From contig CAVOVO010000028.1 of NCBI GenBank assembly GCA_963699845.1, forward strand, positions 39,791 to 103,790: 64,000 bases of DNA. The letters run 5' to 3'. Under the pieces are notes generated by a model. The model was not told the DNA's origin. It searched no databases and saw nothing but the letters and a program-made list of their open reading frames with translations. The first letter of the stretch is position 1; the number at the start of each line of letters is the position of its first letter. The DNA is from an uncultured delta proteobacterium. GTDB lineage: Bacteria; Desulfobacterota; DSM-4660; Desulfatiglandales; Desulfatiglandaceae. The position numbers and the translations under genes were made by a program. Shown one piece after another: positions 1-11,125 of the stretch.

Positions 1-1959
1 AGAGATGTCGCGGGTGCCCCATCCTCCACCGGTATACTGCTCCAGGCCCCTGCGGGCCAGGTAATGGATCAAGGTGTTCTGAATGAACCAGGGCAGGATT
101 TCTCCGAACCGTTTCGCCGCGTCGGCCAGAGGGCTCCACGGTGGGCGGATGGATGTGGAAGTCCCGGTCATGTCGGTCCAGAATCGAGCCCGATCCGGCC
201 TCTGCTCTTGTTTCCCGGGCCTCGGGGATGAGACACCCCTTGAGTGCGGAAACCGATGGAAACGGCCGACTCGCTGATCATGCAGAGATAGGGCTGATTC
301 CGGGAGCGGCCGTCTGCGAACAGCAGCTCGTCCCCGCCGATCCGCTCGATGATGGTGCCGGGCAGTGGGACGATTCGGAAACCGCCATCCGGAAAGCGAC
401 GGCCCACATCGGATTCGGGGGTTGGTTGAACGAACACGCCTTCGTCATCCATCCTATATCGGACGGGTACACCATCGATTCCGTCGTCCCCGTTGAGGGC
501 CACGTGGTTGGACAAAAGAAAGCGGACAGAGGCGCCGGACAGTACCGCCGCCGAGAGCGTCAATTCGTGTCGGTCGGCTGGGGCGCCGCTGCGGATTTCG
601 ATGCACCCGGTCGGGTGTTTGTAAATCCAGCGGCTGCGCTCCGGCGTCATCTCGAAGGCGGAAGGCACGTCCAGCAGGTGCCAGCCGTCAGACGAGCTCC
701 ACGAAAAGACGCAGACCGTTCCCGCGAAAAAGGCCCAGGTAGCTGTGGGTGGTGGATAGAAAACGGTTGATGCTGACGTGGCCCTGGGTGACCATGGCGT
801 GGAACACCCCGCCCATCCAAGTGTTGGAGGTGAGGGCCGCCTCTTCGGGAATCAGGCGGTCACCGGTCCGGAGGATCTGGGCGTGGGGCCGCAGCACGCC
901 CTGCTCCTTGGCTTTCAACACCACGTGGCGGTTCGGGCCGGTGAAAAACGAGAGGATTTTGTTATCCTCGCGTTCAACCTCACGCAGCTCGGTGCCGAAG
1001 AGATCGGTGATTTCGACTTCGGTCAGATCCAGCGCGTTCAACAAGGGGGCGGTGGCGAACAGGCTCGCTGTCGGCTTTGAGCCGCAGGGCGCATCTGGGT
1101 TGGATTTCGGCACCGCCTCCGGCAACCCCATGGCTTCATCAACGAAAACGAGATCATTGTCAGAGGTCGCATCAGGATGGTCCGCTTCAAACCATCCGAA
1201 GAAACCCTGCTCGGCGACTTCGCCCCGCCTAAGCCGCACGGGCGCCTCCTGGATCACGACCATCGAGTGCTCGTGCTGCCTGCGGGTACGGGGTAACCCC
1301 TCGGTGAGACCCACGGGCATGCGGCCTGCGCGGGTGGCAAGTCCGTGAAACTGGAGCGCATCGGTGGCGTAATCGACTCCTTTACCCAGGGCGCCAATGA
1401 GGGTCCAGGGATTCCGACCGGACATGGAAAGATTCTGGCGTGAGGCGAGGACAAATCCCCTTTCCAGGTGAGAGAGAGGCGTGTGGTCCACATAGTGGCT
1501 GGTGTAATACTCGTTTATCCTAACCGCGCCGTAATGGGCAAGTCCTAGATCCTGCGCATAGATCAGGTCCAGTGTCTCCGGCCCATGGGAGGCGTTTTCA
1601 AGCCTTACGTGCCAGAACCAGGCAGGGGCCGATTCCGCCAGAACCAGCGAAACGGAGAAGCGGATGCCGTGCCATTCGCCGCCGGCCCTCATAACCCGTT
1701 CGCCCATCTGGATGGTGGCGGGACTCTTCGGGCCCAGGAGGGGTATGGCCTCGATCGATGCGCCATGACGGCGCAGATATAGGTTGGCGGGCCCCCCTTC
1801 GATCTCGGTGCCGAGAAAGAGATTGAGGAGAATATCGCCGTGGTCCACGCGGCGAATGGAGCCGTCGGCGTTCACCTCCATTTTTAGGCCCGAAGGGCTT
1901 TGGAGAAGATGAGGGACGTTGCCTGAAGACGGTTTTCCTGAGACTGGGGCGTTTTTCAT
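1..1959 (-). pseudogene. GH94-type glycoside phosphorylase-like protein (cellobiose/chitobiose phosphorylase family). The 3' part runs off the left edge. The reading frame changes at ~688 and again at ~195-250.
   Basis: ORF 688..1959 is GH94 N-terminal-like (GPANLYLRRHG, APAWFWHVRLEN). After its TGA the similarity continues in another frame (DGWHLLDVPSAFEMTPERSRWIYKH, ORF 168..668). It then returns to the first frame at 1..~200 (my translation: ILPWFIQNTLIHYLARRGLEQYTGGGWGTRD, the conserved GH94 catalytic-region motif). Confidence 0.6.
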
Positions 1960-1962
1960 GGC

Positions 1963-2145
1963 TCAGCTTTCGGACCACTTCATGGTCTCGGTGACTTCGA
2001 AGGCCGTTGGACCTGCCACCAGGTGGATCCCGTTTTCAAGCTTCAAAACATAGAATTCGAACTGCGACTCGGTCCGCTCAAGAATCTCGCCTTTGACGCC
2101 CCGATAACCCTTGGTCATTTCAATGCCGGTGCCTGGCTGCAACAT
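1963..2145 (-). CDS. small hypothetical protein (60 aa), 3 nt upstream of the GH94-like gene
   Basis: Only an open frame and tight spacing to the downstream gene. No motif recognised. Confidence 0.3.
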   Translation of the reverse strand: MLQPGTGIEMTKGYRGVKGEILERTESQFEFYVLKLENGIHLVAGPTAFEVTETMKWSES

Positions 2146-2172
2146 GACTTCTCACCTGTCTTTGTTTTAATG

Positions 2173-2451
2173 TCAGGATCGCCTTGATCCGGTCTCATAA
2201 TACCGCAACGAAGCGGTACATACACCAAGATTCGTCAAATGCCAAGAGCTGCCCCCCTGCTCAAAATCATCAATCTTGGGCAGCGAATTCAGGGCGTCCC
2301 AAGGCTTTTCGGAGCAGCCATAGATGGAGATGCGATTGCCGGGGATGTACAGAGGGCTGAAGAAGGGGAAACCCTGGATGTGGTCCCAGTGGAAATGGGA
2401 CATGAGGATGCGAAAATGTGTCGGGACGTCCAGGCCGTGGCGCGCCTTCAC
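2173..2451 (-). pseudogene. metallo-beta-lactamase-fold hydrolase remnant (92 aa, N- and C-terminally incomplete)
   Basis: Contains the MBL motif-2 region [17 protein letters not shown] followed by GNRISIYG. It lacks the usual ~50 N-terminal residues and the C-terminal half. A vestigial MQVRF start (typical of this family) sits in another frame at ~2460-2475. Confidence 0.45.
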
Positions 2452-2538
2452 CGGAAACGCACTTGCATGTCCTGTCTTTTCTCAGATGACCTCTTCGCTG
2501 CCACCGCACGGGCCCGAAGCACCCATGCGTGGGTTTAT

Positions 2539-3787
2539 CTAGGATGGCCGGACCAGGCTGAAGACCCGTACCGTTTCCTTGACGTTCTTGAAGGCCATGG
2601 GGCCCCGCCCATAGAGCGGGATCTCCTTTTCAATTCGCGCCGCGGTCTCGGGCCCTGCCAAGATGTCGCCTTCGGTGGCAGCCGACGCGATGCGGGCCGC
2701 GAGATTGGTTACAGGTCCTGTGGCCGTAAAGGTCATCCGCGTCCCGGCAGCTCCGCTGAACTTGGTCATGCCGACCGAGGCGATTCCTGAGTTGATTCCC
2801 ATGTTGACGTGGATGGGTTCGAACCGGCCCTCCAGCTCTCTGTTGATCTCCAGGGTTCGCTGACGGATGGCCAGCGCGGCCCGGCCAGCATCCCCTGCGT
2901 TCTTTTCAGTGTTGCCCTGGAAGATCGACCATGAGGCCGTCGCCCGCCGTCTCGTTGATATCCCCTTCAAAATTGTATATCACGTCCAGAAAGCTCGAAA
3001 AGTACTTTTCTATGATGAAGTTCAGTTTTTCCCGGGTCAGATTCTCGCTGATCTTGGTGTAACCCGCCACGTCCAGGAAGAGCACGGAAATGTCCACGTC
3101 CTGCTTCCCCATCAAGGGCGCCGACGGGTCCTTTTCCACGATGCGTTTTACGGTCTCCGGGACAAAGGGCCTCAGATGGGCCAGGATCTGGTCCATGTTG
3201 AGCTTTTCCTGAGAGATCTTCCAGTGGCTTCGGGCGTTGACGATGGAATTGGTCGCAAGCTCGGTCAGATCCTTGAGCAGGATCACATCCCTGCTGGTGA
3301 ACGAATGCCCTTCCTTAGCAATGAGCTCCAGCACCGCGAGGAGCTTATCCGCGTCATAGATGGGCAAGGCAATGTCGCAAAGCCTGTTGGCCGAGCTCCC
3401 GGATGAATGCCCGTCTTGAGCGATGCCCTCGGCGTTTTCCGGCAGACTTTGCCCAATTTCGCAATCATGACACCTGCTCTGGTCGGGGTAGGCCGCGCAC
3501 TGAATGGCTGTGGGGTGGCTCAGGGCCTTCTGAACCGTGTGGCGGCCCCGTTTGCAGAGTTGACAGTTGAGCCGATCCTTGTAGACCCCACAGTGAAGGG
3601 GTCGCGTGTAGCGGGCGGCATCGGGGTCGAAAATGAGCAGACAGGCCTCCTCTGCAGAGGGGATGGTGGCCTTGGCCTCGTCGCGGATAAATTCCAGGAT
3701 GTCGCCGATGTTCAGAGACGACGTGACCTTTCTCGCCACCCTGAAAAGATTTTCAAACCGTTCCCTGTAAAGCTCTTTTTCTTCCAT
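2539..3787 (-). pseudogene. GAF domain + class III adenylate/guanylate cyclase, split by a 1-nt insertion near 2927
   Basis: ORF 2906..3787 ends ..FEGDINETAGDGLMV. ORF 2539..2970 continues in another frame with IFQGNTEKNAGDAGRAALAIRQ..GINSGIASVG..TATGPVTNLAARI (cyclase homology domain). Removing one base from ATG GTC G ATC TTC joins them. Confidence 0.8.
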
Positions 3788-3805
3788 GGTGCCCTCTGCG
3801 ACCGG

Positions 3806-4921
3806 TCAGAACAAGTGACTGTACCGGCCGTAGCCTTCCTTTTCCAGATCTTCTTTCGGGACAAACCGAAGGGCGGCGGAGTTCATGCAGTACCTGAGCC
3901 CCGTGGGAGGCGGGCCATCCGGGAAGACATGCCCCAGATGGGAATCCCCATGCCTGCTCCGGACCTCTGTACGGGCCATGAAGAGGCTTCGATCCTGTTT
4001 CTCCAGGATGTTTTCGGGCTCAAGGGGCCGGGTGAAGCTCGGCCAGCCTGTTCCGGAGTCGAATTTGTCAAGGGAGCTGAAGAGCGGCTCCCCTGAGACG
4101 ACATCCACATAGATGCCCTCTTTCTTGTTTTCCCAGTATTCATTGTCAAAGGGCGGCTCCGTCCCCTCATGCTGGGTCACCTTGTATTGCATGGGCGTAA
4201 GCCTCTTCTTGAGCGCTTCATCGCTCGGTTTCGTGTACCGGGATGATCCCCCGGGGGCTTTCGCCTCATCCTTTGTTTCTCCCCATGTCCGCTTCAAGAA
4301 GGCATCGCGGCCTGAGTTCCATCGGTAGAACTTGTAGCGCAACTCGCTTTTCTTGTAGTAGTCCTGGTGATAGTCCTCTGCCGGATAAAAGGTGGTCAGC
4401 TTGATGATCTCGGTCACGATGGGTTTGTCGAATCGCCCCGATTCAGCCAGTTTCTTCTTGGATGCCTCGGCCAGCTGCCGCTCTTCTTCATTTTGATAAA
4501 AGATGGCCGATCGATACTGATCCCCCCGGTCCACGAACTGCCCGTCCGGGTCGGTGGGATCCACTTGACGCCAGAAGACATCCAGCAGGGCCTCGTAAGA
4601 GATCTTTTCAGGGTCATAACGCACCTCGATGGCCTCCAGATGCCCGGTCCCGCCGGCTGAAACTTCCTTGTAGGTCGGATGGTCCTTGTGGCCGCCCGTG
4701 TAACCGGATATGACCTCCACCACGCCGTCGACCTTTTCAAAGTCCGACTCCACGCACCAGAAACACCCCCCTGCGAAGGTCGCTGTTCTCAGATTGCCTT
4801 GTTTTTCGCCCATGACTGCTCCCTCTCCTTTTGTATTGGACGCCGCACCCTTCGAATGCCCAAAGGCAAAGCCAAGGGCCGTGATGAAAACGATCGCAGA
4901 TACAATCAATAGGGTTCTCAT
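3806..4921 (-). CDS. msrAB: bifunctional peptide-methionine (S)/(R)-S-oxide reductase MsrA-MsrB with signal peptide
   Basis: MsrA motif [15 protein letters not shown]. MsrB motifs SGTGWPSF and [21 protein letters not shown]. Hydrophobic N-terminus [30 protein letters not shown] upstream. Confidence 0.9.
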   Translation of the reverse strand: MRTLLIVSAIVFITALGFAFGHSKGAASNTKGEGAVMGEKQGNLRTATFAGGCFWCVESDFEKVDGVVEVISGYTGGHKDHPTYKEVSAGGTGHLEAIEVRYDPEKISYEALLDVFWRQVDPTDPDGQFVDRGDQYRSAIFYQNEEERQLAEASKKKLAESGRFDKPIVTEIIKLTTFYPAEDYHQDYYKKSELRYKFYRWNSGRDAFLKRTWGETKDEAKAPGGSSRYTKPSDEALKKRLTPMQYKVTQHEGTEPPFDNEYWENKKEGIYVDVVSGEPLFSSLDKFDSGTGWPSFTRPLEPENILEKQDRSLFMARTEVRSRHGDSHLGHVFPDGPPPTGLRYCMNSAALRFVPKEDLEKEGYGRYSHLF

Positions 4922-5103
4922 TTGATACCTCCCCGGAATGGGTCTTCATATGAAGCGTCCCATTCCACAGTCTTTACGTCAGCTAAAATAACCACTGTCC
5001 GTAAAAAATCGATCCCGGTCCTTCCCGGGACACGTTCGGACCAGCCGCTGCGGCCGCTAAATTCGGCTCCGAATCTCGTGAATCGCTCAAGCAAGGTTTG
5101 GCG

Positions 5104-5646
5104 TTAATGCGTTTTTCTGCAGATGATGCTCGCCACCGCCCGGATCGGGTCTTGCTTGACGCCTTCGAAGTAACGGATCAGCGTCCACGGGGAAAACCAG
5201 TCGAGCAATTCCCCGGGTCGAAGCAGAAAGGACGGATTCCGGGGTCGGCCGAATTGAGCCTGGGTCATTGTAAAGGTTTCATATATGAGAAGGCCGTCCT
5301 TTCTTAGGGATAGCTTGATCTCTGGGATCAGTGGCCGGTGAAGGTATCGAAAGACCAGGATGGCCCCGAACCGATTCTCCGGAAGTCCCTTCGTCCCGGT
5401 CTCAAGATCCAGTTGCCAGGTCTCAACGCCAAGCCCCAGCTTCGATGCGTTTCTTTTCACTTTGTCCAGGGAGGTTTCCGAACGGTCGCAGAAGACAACG
5501 CGGAGGCCGCACTCGGCCAGAAAAAGCCCATTTCGCCCGTCACCGCAGGCAAGGTCCAGGACTGGGCCACGGAGAGGTGTATCCAGCAGGAGATGGGCAT
5601 AAGCCATGAGAAGCCTCGATGGCGTGGACTCTGCGTTTTCGATCAT
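5104..5646 (-). CDS. class I SAM-dependent methyltransferase (alternative upstream start at 5721)
   Basis: SAM-binding motif VLDLACGDGRNGLFLA..VVFCDRS. Start chosen at MIENAEST, which has GAGG 8 nt upstream. Confidence 0.7.
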   Translation of the reverse strand: MIENAESTPSRLLMAYAHLLLDTPLRGPVLDLACGDGRNGLFLAECGLRVVFCDRSETSLDKVKRNASKLGLGVETWQLDLETGTKGLPENRFGAILVFRYLHRPLIPEIKLSLRKDGLLIYETFTMTQAQFGRPRNPSFLLRPGELLDWFSPWTLIRYFEGVKQDPIRAVASIICRKTH

Positions 5647-6025
5647 TTTGGCTGCCTCGTTTTTCCTTCTTGTTGTCTCTGCGGGCGACCGAAGGACAAA
5701 ACATTTCACCACAAAGGGCAAAGTGATCAGTGCTCAGTGAAGGCTCCTCCTCCCGACCTCCTAATCTTACACCCCGGGCCGGATCGGGCAGTAAATACTT
5801 CAATTTAGGGTCGCCTTTTGTTACATTTGTCCTCACAGCTTCGCGATTTTAACCGTTACCCATTGAAGATGCCAATATTTGACTCACATTTTTTCTCTGA
5901 TTCGACTTCCAGGCGATGGGGTCGCATTCTTCTTTTTACAGCGGCAGCCTTTCTTCACATGGTCTCCACCGGATGGAGCGACATGGACATGACGCTTCTG
6001 AAGGAAATTATCGTCTCCTACAACC

Positions 6026-7357
6026 ATGCTGGCCCATGAAAAGAGCATCGAGGACGGCACGTACAGGGGAGAGGAGGGGGTGCTGAGAATCACCCCGGAT
6101 GTGGCTAAAGCACTGGGGTTGAAGGTGGCGGAGGAAGAAATGTACCGACAGGCAAATGATTTGGCGATCCTGGCCGAAACCCTGCTGGCCAAGGCCGTTG
6201 GGTCACTTTCTACGCGCCAGGATGAGTCGTTTCCCGGAGAGCGCTTGAAGATTATCACAGAGTACGCCCTCTCCCACAAACGGACGAGGGAGACTGCCAG
6301 AGAACGTTTCAGGGATTACTGGGGCCACCTCACGCCTCAGAACGACGAACGGCTCGCGGATCGAATCTGCATGCCGATCCTCGAAAGGATTTTGAGAAGG
6401 AGTCTCGAAGAGACGGGATACAACCTCAGGGAGGGGCTGGGGCGCTTTTACAACCAATGTAAGGGAACCGATGGAAATGGGGCACATTTGACGTCGCAAA
6501 ACATCCAGTTTGTTAACCACGTTTACAGTGCCTTTGTTGAAAGGGCAACAGCGCCTGCCCTTGCGGCATTGGATCTCGACAGAATGAGGGATCGAGAAAA
6601 CAGGTCCGGCGCGAGTCCCTATGGGATCGAGTGGAAGCGCACCGCCCGGCTGGCGGGATTCAGCCATGTCTCGGATATGGCATCTGCGCTCCAAAGTCAT
6701 GGCGCAGAAGAATATCCGGTGGACCCCTTGCTTTTCTTGGCCCTGGTGAAGCAGGAATCCAATTTCAACCACGCGGCCGTCTCTTCCCTCGGGGCCGTCG
6801 GGCTGACTCAGGTCATGCCCAGGACGGCCATGGACATGGGATTGGAGGTCTTCATGCCGGCCTATTACGAAGAGGCCATGACCCTGATGGCCAGAGAAAG
6901 AAGCCTCAGGAGCGAAGCTGTCTCTCTTCTTATCGAAATGGATGAGCAAAACCGCTTTCAGAAGGCCGACCGCGCAAGGCAGTTGATGCTCGAGGCGCTG
7001 GACTGCTCGGATCGCAGGGCGGAGCTTCTGATCCGGTACCGGCGAACCTTGCTGAAAGAGGGTACCGACGCGCGGCTCCAGCCGAGGATCTCCCTTCAAT
7101 GCGGTCTCAGCTACCTGGCAAGCATGTTGAAAGCATATGAAGGGGACATGAGCCTTGCCCTCGCCGCCTACAGTGCGGGGGCAGGCCGGGTGAAGCAGTA
7201 CGGTGGCATTCCCCCCTATCCTGAGACGGTCGCGTTCAGGAATTCTGTCCTGGGCTATTACAGGGAATATCTGAAATATGGGGAGGGGGCTCGCCATCTG
7301 TCTTGGGGGGATCGGCCCATCCGGGGCACAGCACCGGGCGAGAAGACAAGTGAGTAG
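6026..7357 (+). CDS. lytic transglycosylase (SLT domain) protein
   Basis: SLT catalytic region LALVKQESNFNHAAVSSLGAVGLTQVMPRTA and AAYSAGAGRVKQYGGIPPYPETVAF. Confidence 0.8.
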   Translation: MLAHEKSIEDGTYRGEEGVLRITPDVAKALGLKVAEEEMYRQANDLAILAETLLAKAVGSLSTRQDESFPGERLKIITEYALSHKRTRETARERFRDYWGHLTPQNDERLADRICMPILERILRRSLEETGYNLREGLGRFYNQCKGTDGNGAHLTSQNIQFVNHVYSAFVERATAPALAALDLDRMRDRENRSGASPYGIEWKRTARLAGFSHVSDMASALQSHGAEEYPVDPLLFLALVKQESNFNHAAVSSLGAVGLTQVMPRTAMDMGLEVFMPAYYEEAMTLMARERSLRSEAVSLLIEMDEQNRFQKADRARQLMLEALDCSDRRAELLIRYRRTLLKEGTDARLQPRISLQCGLSYLASMLKAYEGDMSLALAAYSAGAGRVKQYGGIPPYPETVAFRNSVLGYYREYLKYGEGARHLSWGDRPIRGTAPGEKTSE

Positions 7358-7413
7358 GGCGTGTGAGAGGTGACCCAAGGGTCCAATGAAGAAATACCAA
7401 GGAGATACCGACC

Positions 7414-8298
7414 ATGAAGCTGACCGATTTTTCTGACTTGAAATTGTACAAACGTGGCAAAGTGAGAGATGTTTATGAAATTGAGGATCAACTGCTCATT
7501 GTGGCAAGTGATCGGATTTCGGCCTTTGACGTGGTGATGAACGAACCTATCCCGGACAAAGGCAAAATCCTGACACAGATTTCGCTTCACTGGTTCAAGC
7601 AGCTGGAGGGGGTGATGCCGAACCACGTGATCACCAGTGACGCTCGAAAATACCCCGAGGTGTGCCGGAAGTACCACGATCAACTTTCGGGCAGGAGCAT
7701 GCTGGTCAGGAAGGCCGGACCCTTGCCCATAGAGTGCATTGTGCGAGGCTATCTGGCAGGCTCGGGATGGGAGGAATACCGTGTGTCTGGGACCGTGTGC
7801 GGGATGCCTCTCCCAAAGGGACTCGTTGAGTCCCAAAAGCTTGAGCGGCCTATTTTTACGCCGTCCACCAAGGCCGAAGACGGCATGCACGATGAGAACA
7901 TTTCCTTTGATCAAGCGGCTGAAATCCTCGGGCCCGAGACCGCGGATAGGGTCCGTGAGATGAGCCTGAGGATCTATGCGCTGGGAAGGGATATGGCGGC
8001 GAAGCAGGGGATCATCATTGCAGACACCAAATTCGAGTTCGGCACGGTTGACCGTGAGATTTTGCTGATCGATGAGGTCATGACGCCCGATTCGTCGAGG
8101 TTTTGGCCCGAAAACGACTACCGCCCCGGAGGCCCGCAGAAGAGCTTCGACAAGCAGTACCTGAGGGATTACCTCCTCTCCATCAAGTGGCCGAAGAAGC
8201 CCCCACCCCCGACGCTCCCCCCGCACATCATCGAAAGCACACGGGAGAAGTACATGGAGGCCCTTGAAAGGCTTACAGGCAAGGGACTCGATGAATAA
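7414..8298 (+). CDS. purC: phosphoribosylaminoimidazole-succinocarboxamide (SAICAR) synthase
   Basis: [32 protein letters not shown] and the full-length long-form PurC pattern. RBS AAGGAG upstream. Confidence 0.95.
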   Translation: MKLTDFSDLKLYKRGKVRDVYEIEDQLLIVASDRISAFDVVMNEPIPDKGKILTQISLHWFKQLEGVMPNHVITSDARKYPEVCRKYHDQLSGRSMLVRKAGPLPIECIVRGYLAGSGWEEYRVSGTVCGMPLPKGLVESQKLERPIFTPSTKAEDGMHDENISFDQAAEILGPETADRVREMSLRIYALGRDMAAKQGIIIADTKFEFGTVDREILLIDEVMTPDSSRFWPENDYRPGGPQKSFDKQYLRDYLLSIKWPKKPPPPTLPPHIIESTREKYMEALERLTGKGLDE

Positions 8299-8515
8299 CA
8301 CCCCCATTCCCTTGAGGTGCCGGGAGATAGGTTACGGCCTTGGTTTCGATATCCTTGTTTCCTTTTGGTAGCTAGAGGAAAGCCCGAGCCCCGCGAGACC
8401 GCACACGGGGCTTCATCTTGGGCCGCGCGTTCCTTGACAAGGCAGAATGGGATGCTTACCGTCTGGAAGAAATTCTTTCAGAGATTCAGTGCTAGGGTGG
8501 AAAGAGGAGCGAGGC

Positions 8516-9142
8516 GTGGATCGGGTCACATTGTCGGGTAAGGCTCATGAAGACGTGAAAAAGAGGGATGTTCGCAGTCCGGAAAATGGTGAGACGGGTT
8601 CAAGCCTTGCTTCGGATCAAGCACCGGGGACCAAAGAAACGCCTCTTGAAGAGATGGCTCGGGACCAGTTGATCGAAAAGATCAAGGCGGCTCAGGCAGA
8701 GGCGGCCACGAACTTCGATCTCTACGTACGGTCCCGTGCGGAAATGGAGAACCTCAAAAAGCGTTTCCAGCGAGATAAGGACGATCTTTCCAAATTCGGC
8801 AACGAAGTCCTCATTAAACAGCTTCTCCCTGTCATCGATAATCTGGAAAAGGCCCTGGAGCACGCGCAGGGACGGGATGCGCTCGATGCGCTGAAGGAAG
8901 GGGTCAGTCTGACTCTGAAAGGGTTGAAGGACGTCTTGAGCAAGGAGGGACTGGAGGAGGTCAAGGCCGAGGGCGCCGTCTTCGACCCGAACTATCACGA
9001 GGCCCTCATGGAGAAGGAAGATGACTCGGTCCCGCCCGGGACCGTGGTCCAGGCGTGCCAGACGGGATATGTTCTCAACGAACGGCTCGTGAGACCGGCG
9101 CTTGTGGTTGTGAGCAAAGGGAAGGACGCGGGAAACCCATAA
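8516..9142 (+). CDS. grpE: nucleotide exchange factor GrpE (longest frame begins at 8447; GTG at 8516 has the better RBS)
   Basis: FDLYVRSRAEMENLKKRFQRDKDD..LLPVIDNLEKAL..DPNYHEAL. AGAGGAG lies 7 nt before GTG 8516. Confidence 0.9.
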   Translation: MDRVTLSGKAHEDVKKRDVRSPENGETGSSLASDQAPGTKETPLEEMARDQLIEKIKAAQAEAATNFDLYVRSRAEMENLKKRFQRDKDDLSKFGNEVLIKQLLPVIDNLEKALEHAQGRDALDALKEGVSLTLKGLKDVLSKEGLEEVKAEGAVFDPNYHEALMEKEDDSVPPGTVVQACQTGYVLNERLVRPALVVVSKGKDAGNP

Positions 9143-9214
9143 AGCACATGCCCCGCAGGGGAATCAAATACATGACCGAAGAGGTTTGAAGCTGTAAAGC
9201 CAGGAGGGAATACG

Positions 9215-11125
9215 ATGGGAAAGGTAGTAGGGATAGATCTGGGGACGACCAATTCATGCGTGGCGGTGATGGAGGGCGGTGATCCCGTTGTCATCGCCAA
9301 TGCCGAGGGAAGCAGGACCACGCCGTCGATCGTTGCCTTCACGGAAGGGGGCGAGCGGTTGGTGGGTCAGACTGCAAAACGGCAGGCCATCACCAATTCT
9401 CAGAACACGGTCACTGCGGTGAAGCGATTGATCGGGCGCAAGTTTGACTCGCCCGAGGTTCAGAAGGACATCAAGGTCCTTCCATACAAGATCGTGAAGG
9501 CTCCCAACGGCGACGCCCACCTGTCCATAAGGGGCAAGGAGTACAGCCCGGCCGAGATATCCGCCATGATCCTTCAGAAGATGAGGCAAACCGCGGAAGA
9601 CTATCTCGGAGATAAGATCACGGAAGCCGTGATCACGGTCCCGGCCTATTTCAACGACAGCCAGCGGCAGGCGACCAAAGACGCGGGCCGCATCGCCGGT
9701 TTGCAGGTCGAGCGGATCATCAACGAGCCGACGGCATCCGCCCTGGCATACGGGCTCGACAAGAAAGGGGACCGGAAGATCGCCGTTTACGACCTGGGAG
9801 GGGGCACCTTCGACATCTCCATCCTCGAGATCGGGGAAGGGGTTTTCGAGGTCAAGTCCACGAACGGGGACACCCATCTGGGCGGTGAGGACTTTGACCT
9901 CAGGGTGATCGACTATCTGGCCGACGAATTCAGAAAGGATCAGGGCATTGACCTCCGAACGGACAAGATGGCGCTGCAGCGGTTGAAGGAGGCTGCGGAA
10001 AAGGCCAAGATCGAGCTTTCAGGCAACAATGAAACGGACATCAATCTCCCCTTCATCACGGCCGATGCAAGCGGCCCCAAACACTTCACCATGAAGCTCA
10101 CCCGGTCCAAGCTCGAGAGCCTGGTGGATGACCTGGTCGAGAAGACCGTCGGACCTTGCAAGATGGCCCTCAAGGATGCCGGGTATTCGCCGCGCGACAT
10201 CGACGAAGTCATCCTGGTGGGCGGCATGACCCGAATGCCCAGGGTGCAGGCGAAGGTGAAAGAGGTATTCGGCAGGGAGCCCGGCAAAGGGGTCAACCCC
10301 GACGAGGCCGTTGCGGTGGGTGCTGCCATTCAGGCAGGCGTGCTCAGGGGAGAGGTCAAAGACGTGCTCCTTCTGGACGTGACCCCGCTCTCCCTGGGTA
10401 TCGAGACACTGGGGGGGGTCTTTACAAAGCTTATCGAAAAGAACACGACCATCCCGACCCGGAAGAGCCAGATTTTTTCCACGGCGGCCGACAGTCAGCC
10501 GGCTGTGGAAATCCACGTGCTTCAGGGTGAGCGTGAGATGGCGGCCAACAACAAGACGCTCGGCCGGTTTCAGTTGACCGGGATTCCGCCTGCACCGAGA
10601 GGGGTGCCGCAGATCGAAGTGACCTTCGACATCGATGCAAACGGCATCGTGCACGTCTCCGCAAAGGACATGGGCACGGGCAAGGAGCAGTCGATCCGCA
10701 TCACGGCATCCAGCGGTCTTTCCGAGGACGAGATCAAGAACTTGGTCAAGGACGCAGAGATGCACGCTGAGGAAGACCGAAACAAGCGGGCCTTGGCCGA
10801 GGCCCGAAACCACGCGGATTCCTTGATCTACACCACGGAGAAGTCCATCAAGGATTTGGGGGACAAGGTCGATGAAAGCACGAAGACGCAGATTAACGGC
10901 GTGATCGAGCGATTGCGGAAGGCCCTGGAAGGCTCTGACACCGAAGAGATAAAGAAGGTCACGGAAGAGCTCACTCAGGCGTCTCACAAGCTGGCAGAGG
11001 CCATGTACGCAAAGGCCAGCCAGGAACAGCAGGCCGGGGGCGGCCCGGGCGCGGAGACGGGCAGCGGTGGGCCTTCCAAGGAAGAAGACGTGGTGGATGC
11101 GGACTTTGAGGAAGTGAAGAAGTGA
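9215..11125 (+). CDS. dnaK: molecular chaperone DnaK (Hsp70)
   Basis: [36 protein letters not shown]. Full length, 636 aa. Confidence 0.98.
   Translation: MGKVVGIDLGTTNSCVAVMEGGDPVVIANAEGSRTTPSIVAFTEGGERLVGQTAKRQAITNSQNTVTAVKRLIGRKFDSPEVQKDIKVLPYKIVKAPNGDAHLSIRGKEYSPAEISAMILQKMRQTAEDYLGDKITEAVITVPAYFNDSQRQATKDAGRIAGLQVERIINEPTASALAYGLDKKGDRKIAVYDLGGGTFDISILEIGEGVFEVKSTNGDTHLGGEDFDLRVIDYLADEFRKDQGIDLRTDKMALQRLKEAAEKAKIELSGNNETDINLPFITADASGPKHFTMKLTRSKLESLVDDLVEKTVGPCKMALKDAGYSPRDIDEVILVGGMTRMPRVQAKVKEVFGREPGKGVNPDEAVAVGAAIQAGVLRGEVKDVLLLDVTPLSLGIETLGGVFTKLIEKNTTIPTRKSQIFSTAADSQPAVEIHVLQGEREMAANNKTLGRFQLTGIPPAPRGVPQIEVTFDIDANGIVHVSAKDMGTGKEQSIRITASSGLSEDEIKNLVKDAEMHAEEDRNKRALAEARNHADSLIYTTEKSIKDLGDKVDESTKTQINGVIERLRKALEGSDTEEIKKVTEELTQASHKLAEAMYAKASQEQQAGGGPGAETGSGGPSKEEDVVDADFEEVKK

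Noticed and set aside
688-690. The in-frame TGA ending ORF 688..1959, considered as a possible selenocysteine or read-through codon.
   Set aside because: The conserved GH94 sequence continues in a different frame immediately after the TGA (DGWHLLDVPSAFEM..). A 1-nt insertion explains it, and recoding in the same frame does not.
2815-2827. GGGTTCGAACCGG, resembling a tRNA T-arm.
   Set aside because: It lies inside the cyclase coding frame (..IHVNMG region on the opposite strand). No acceptor, D or anticodon arms can be built around it.
5818-6039. ORF 5818..6039 (..RRWGRILLFTAAAFLHMVSTGWS..) as a missing signal-anchor of the lytic transglycosylase, joined by yet another frameshift.
   Set aside because: It is attractive because the SLT protein as called lacks a signal peptide. 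However, the SLT frame is closed by a TGA ~25 nt upstream of its ATG, and I have no homology evidence across the junction. Left as an untested possibility.
8299-8515. Looked for a CIRCE (TTAGCACTC-N9-GAGTGCTAA) operator or a clear sigma32 promoter upstream of grpE-dnaK.
   Set aside because: Only a weak TTGACA-17-TACCGT combination (~8435-8463) and a partial CAGTGCTAG were seen. No inverted repeat matches CIRCE, so no regulatory call was made.
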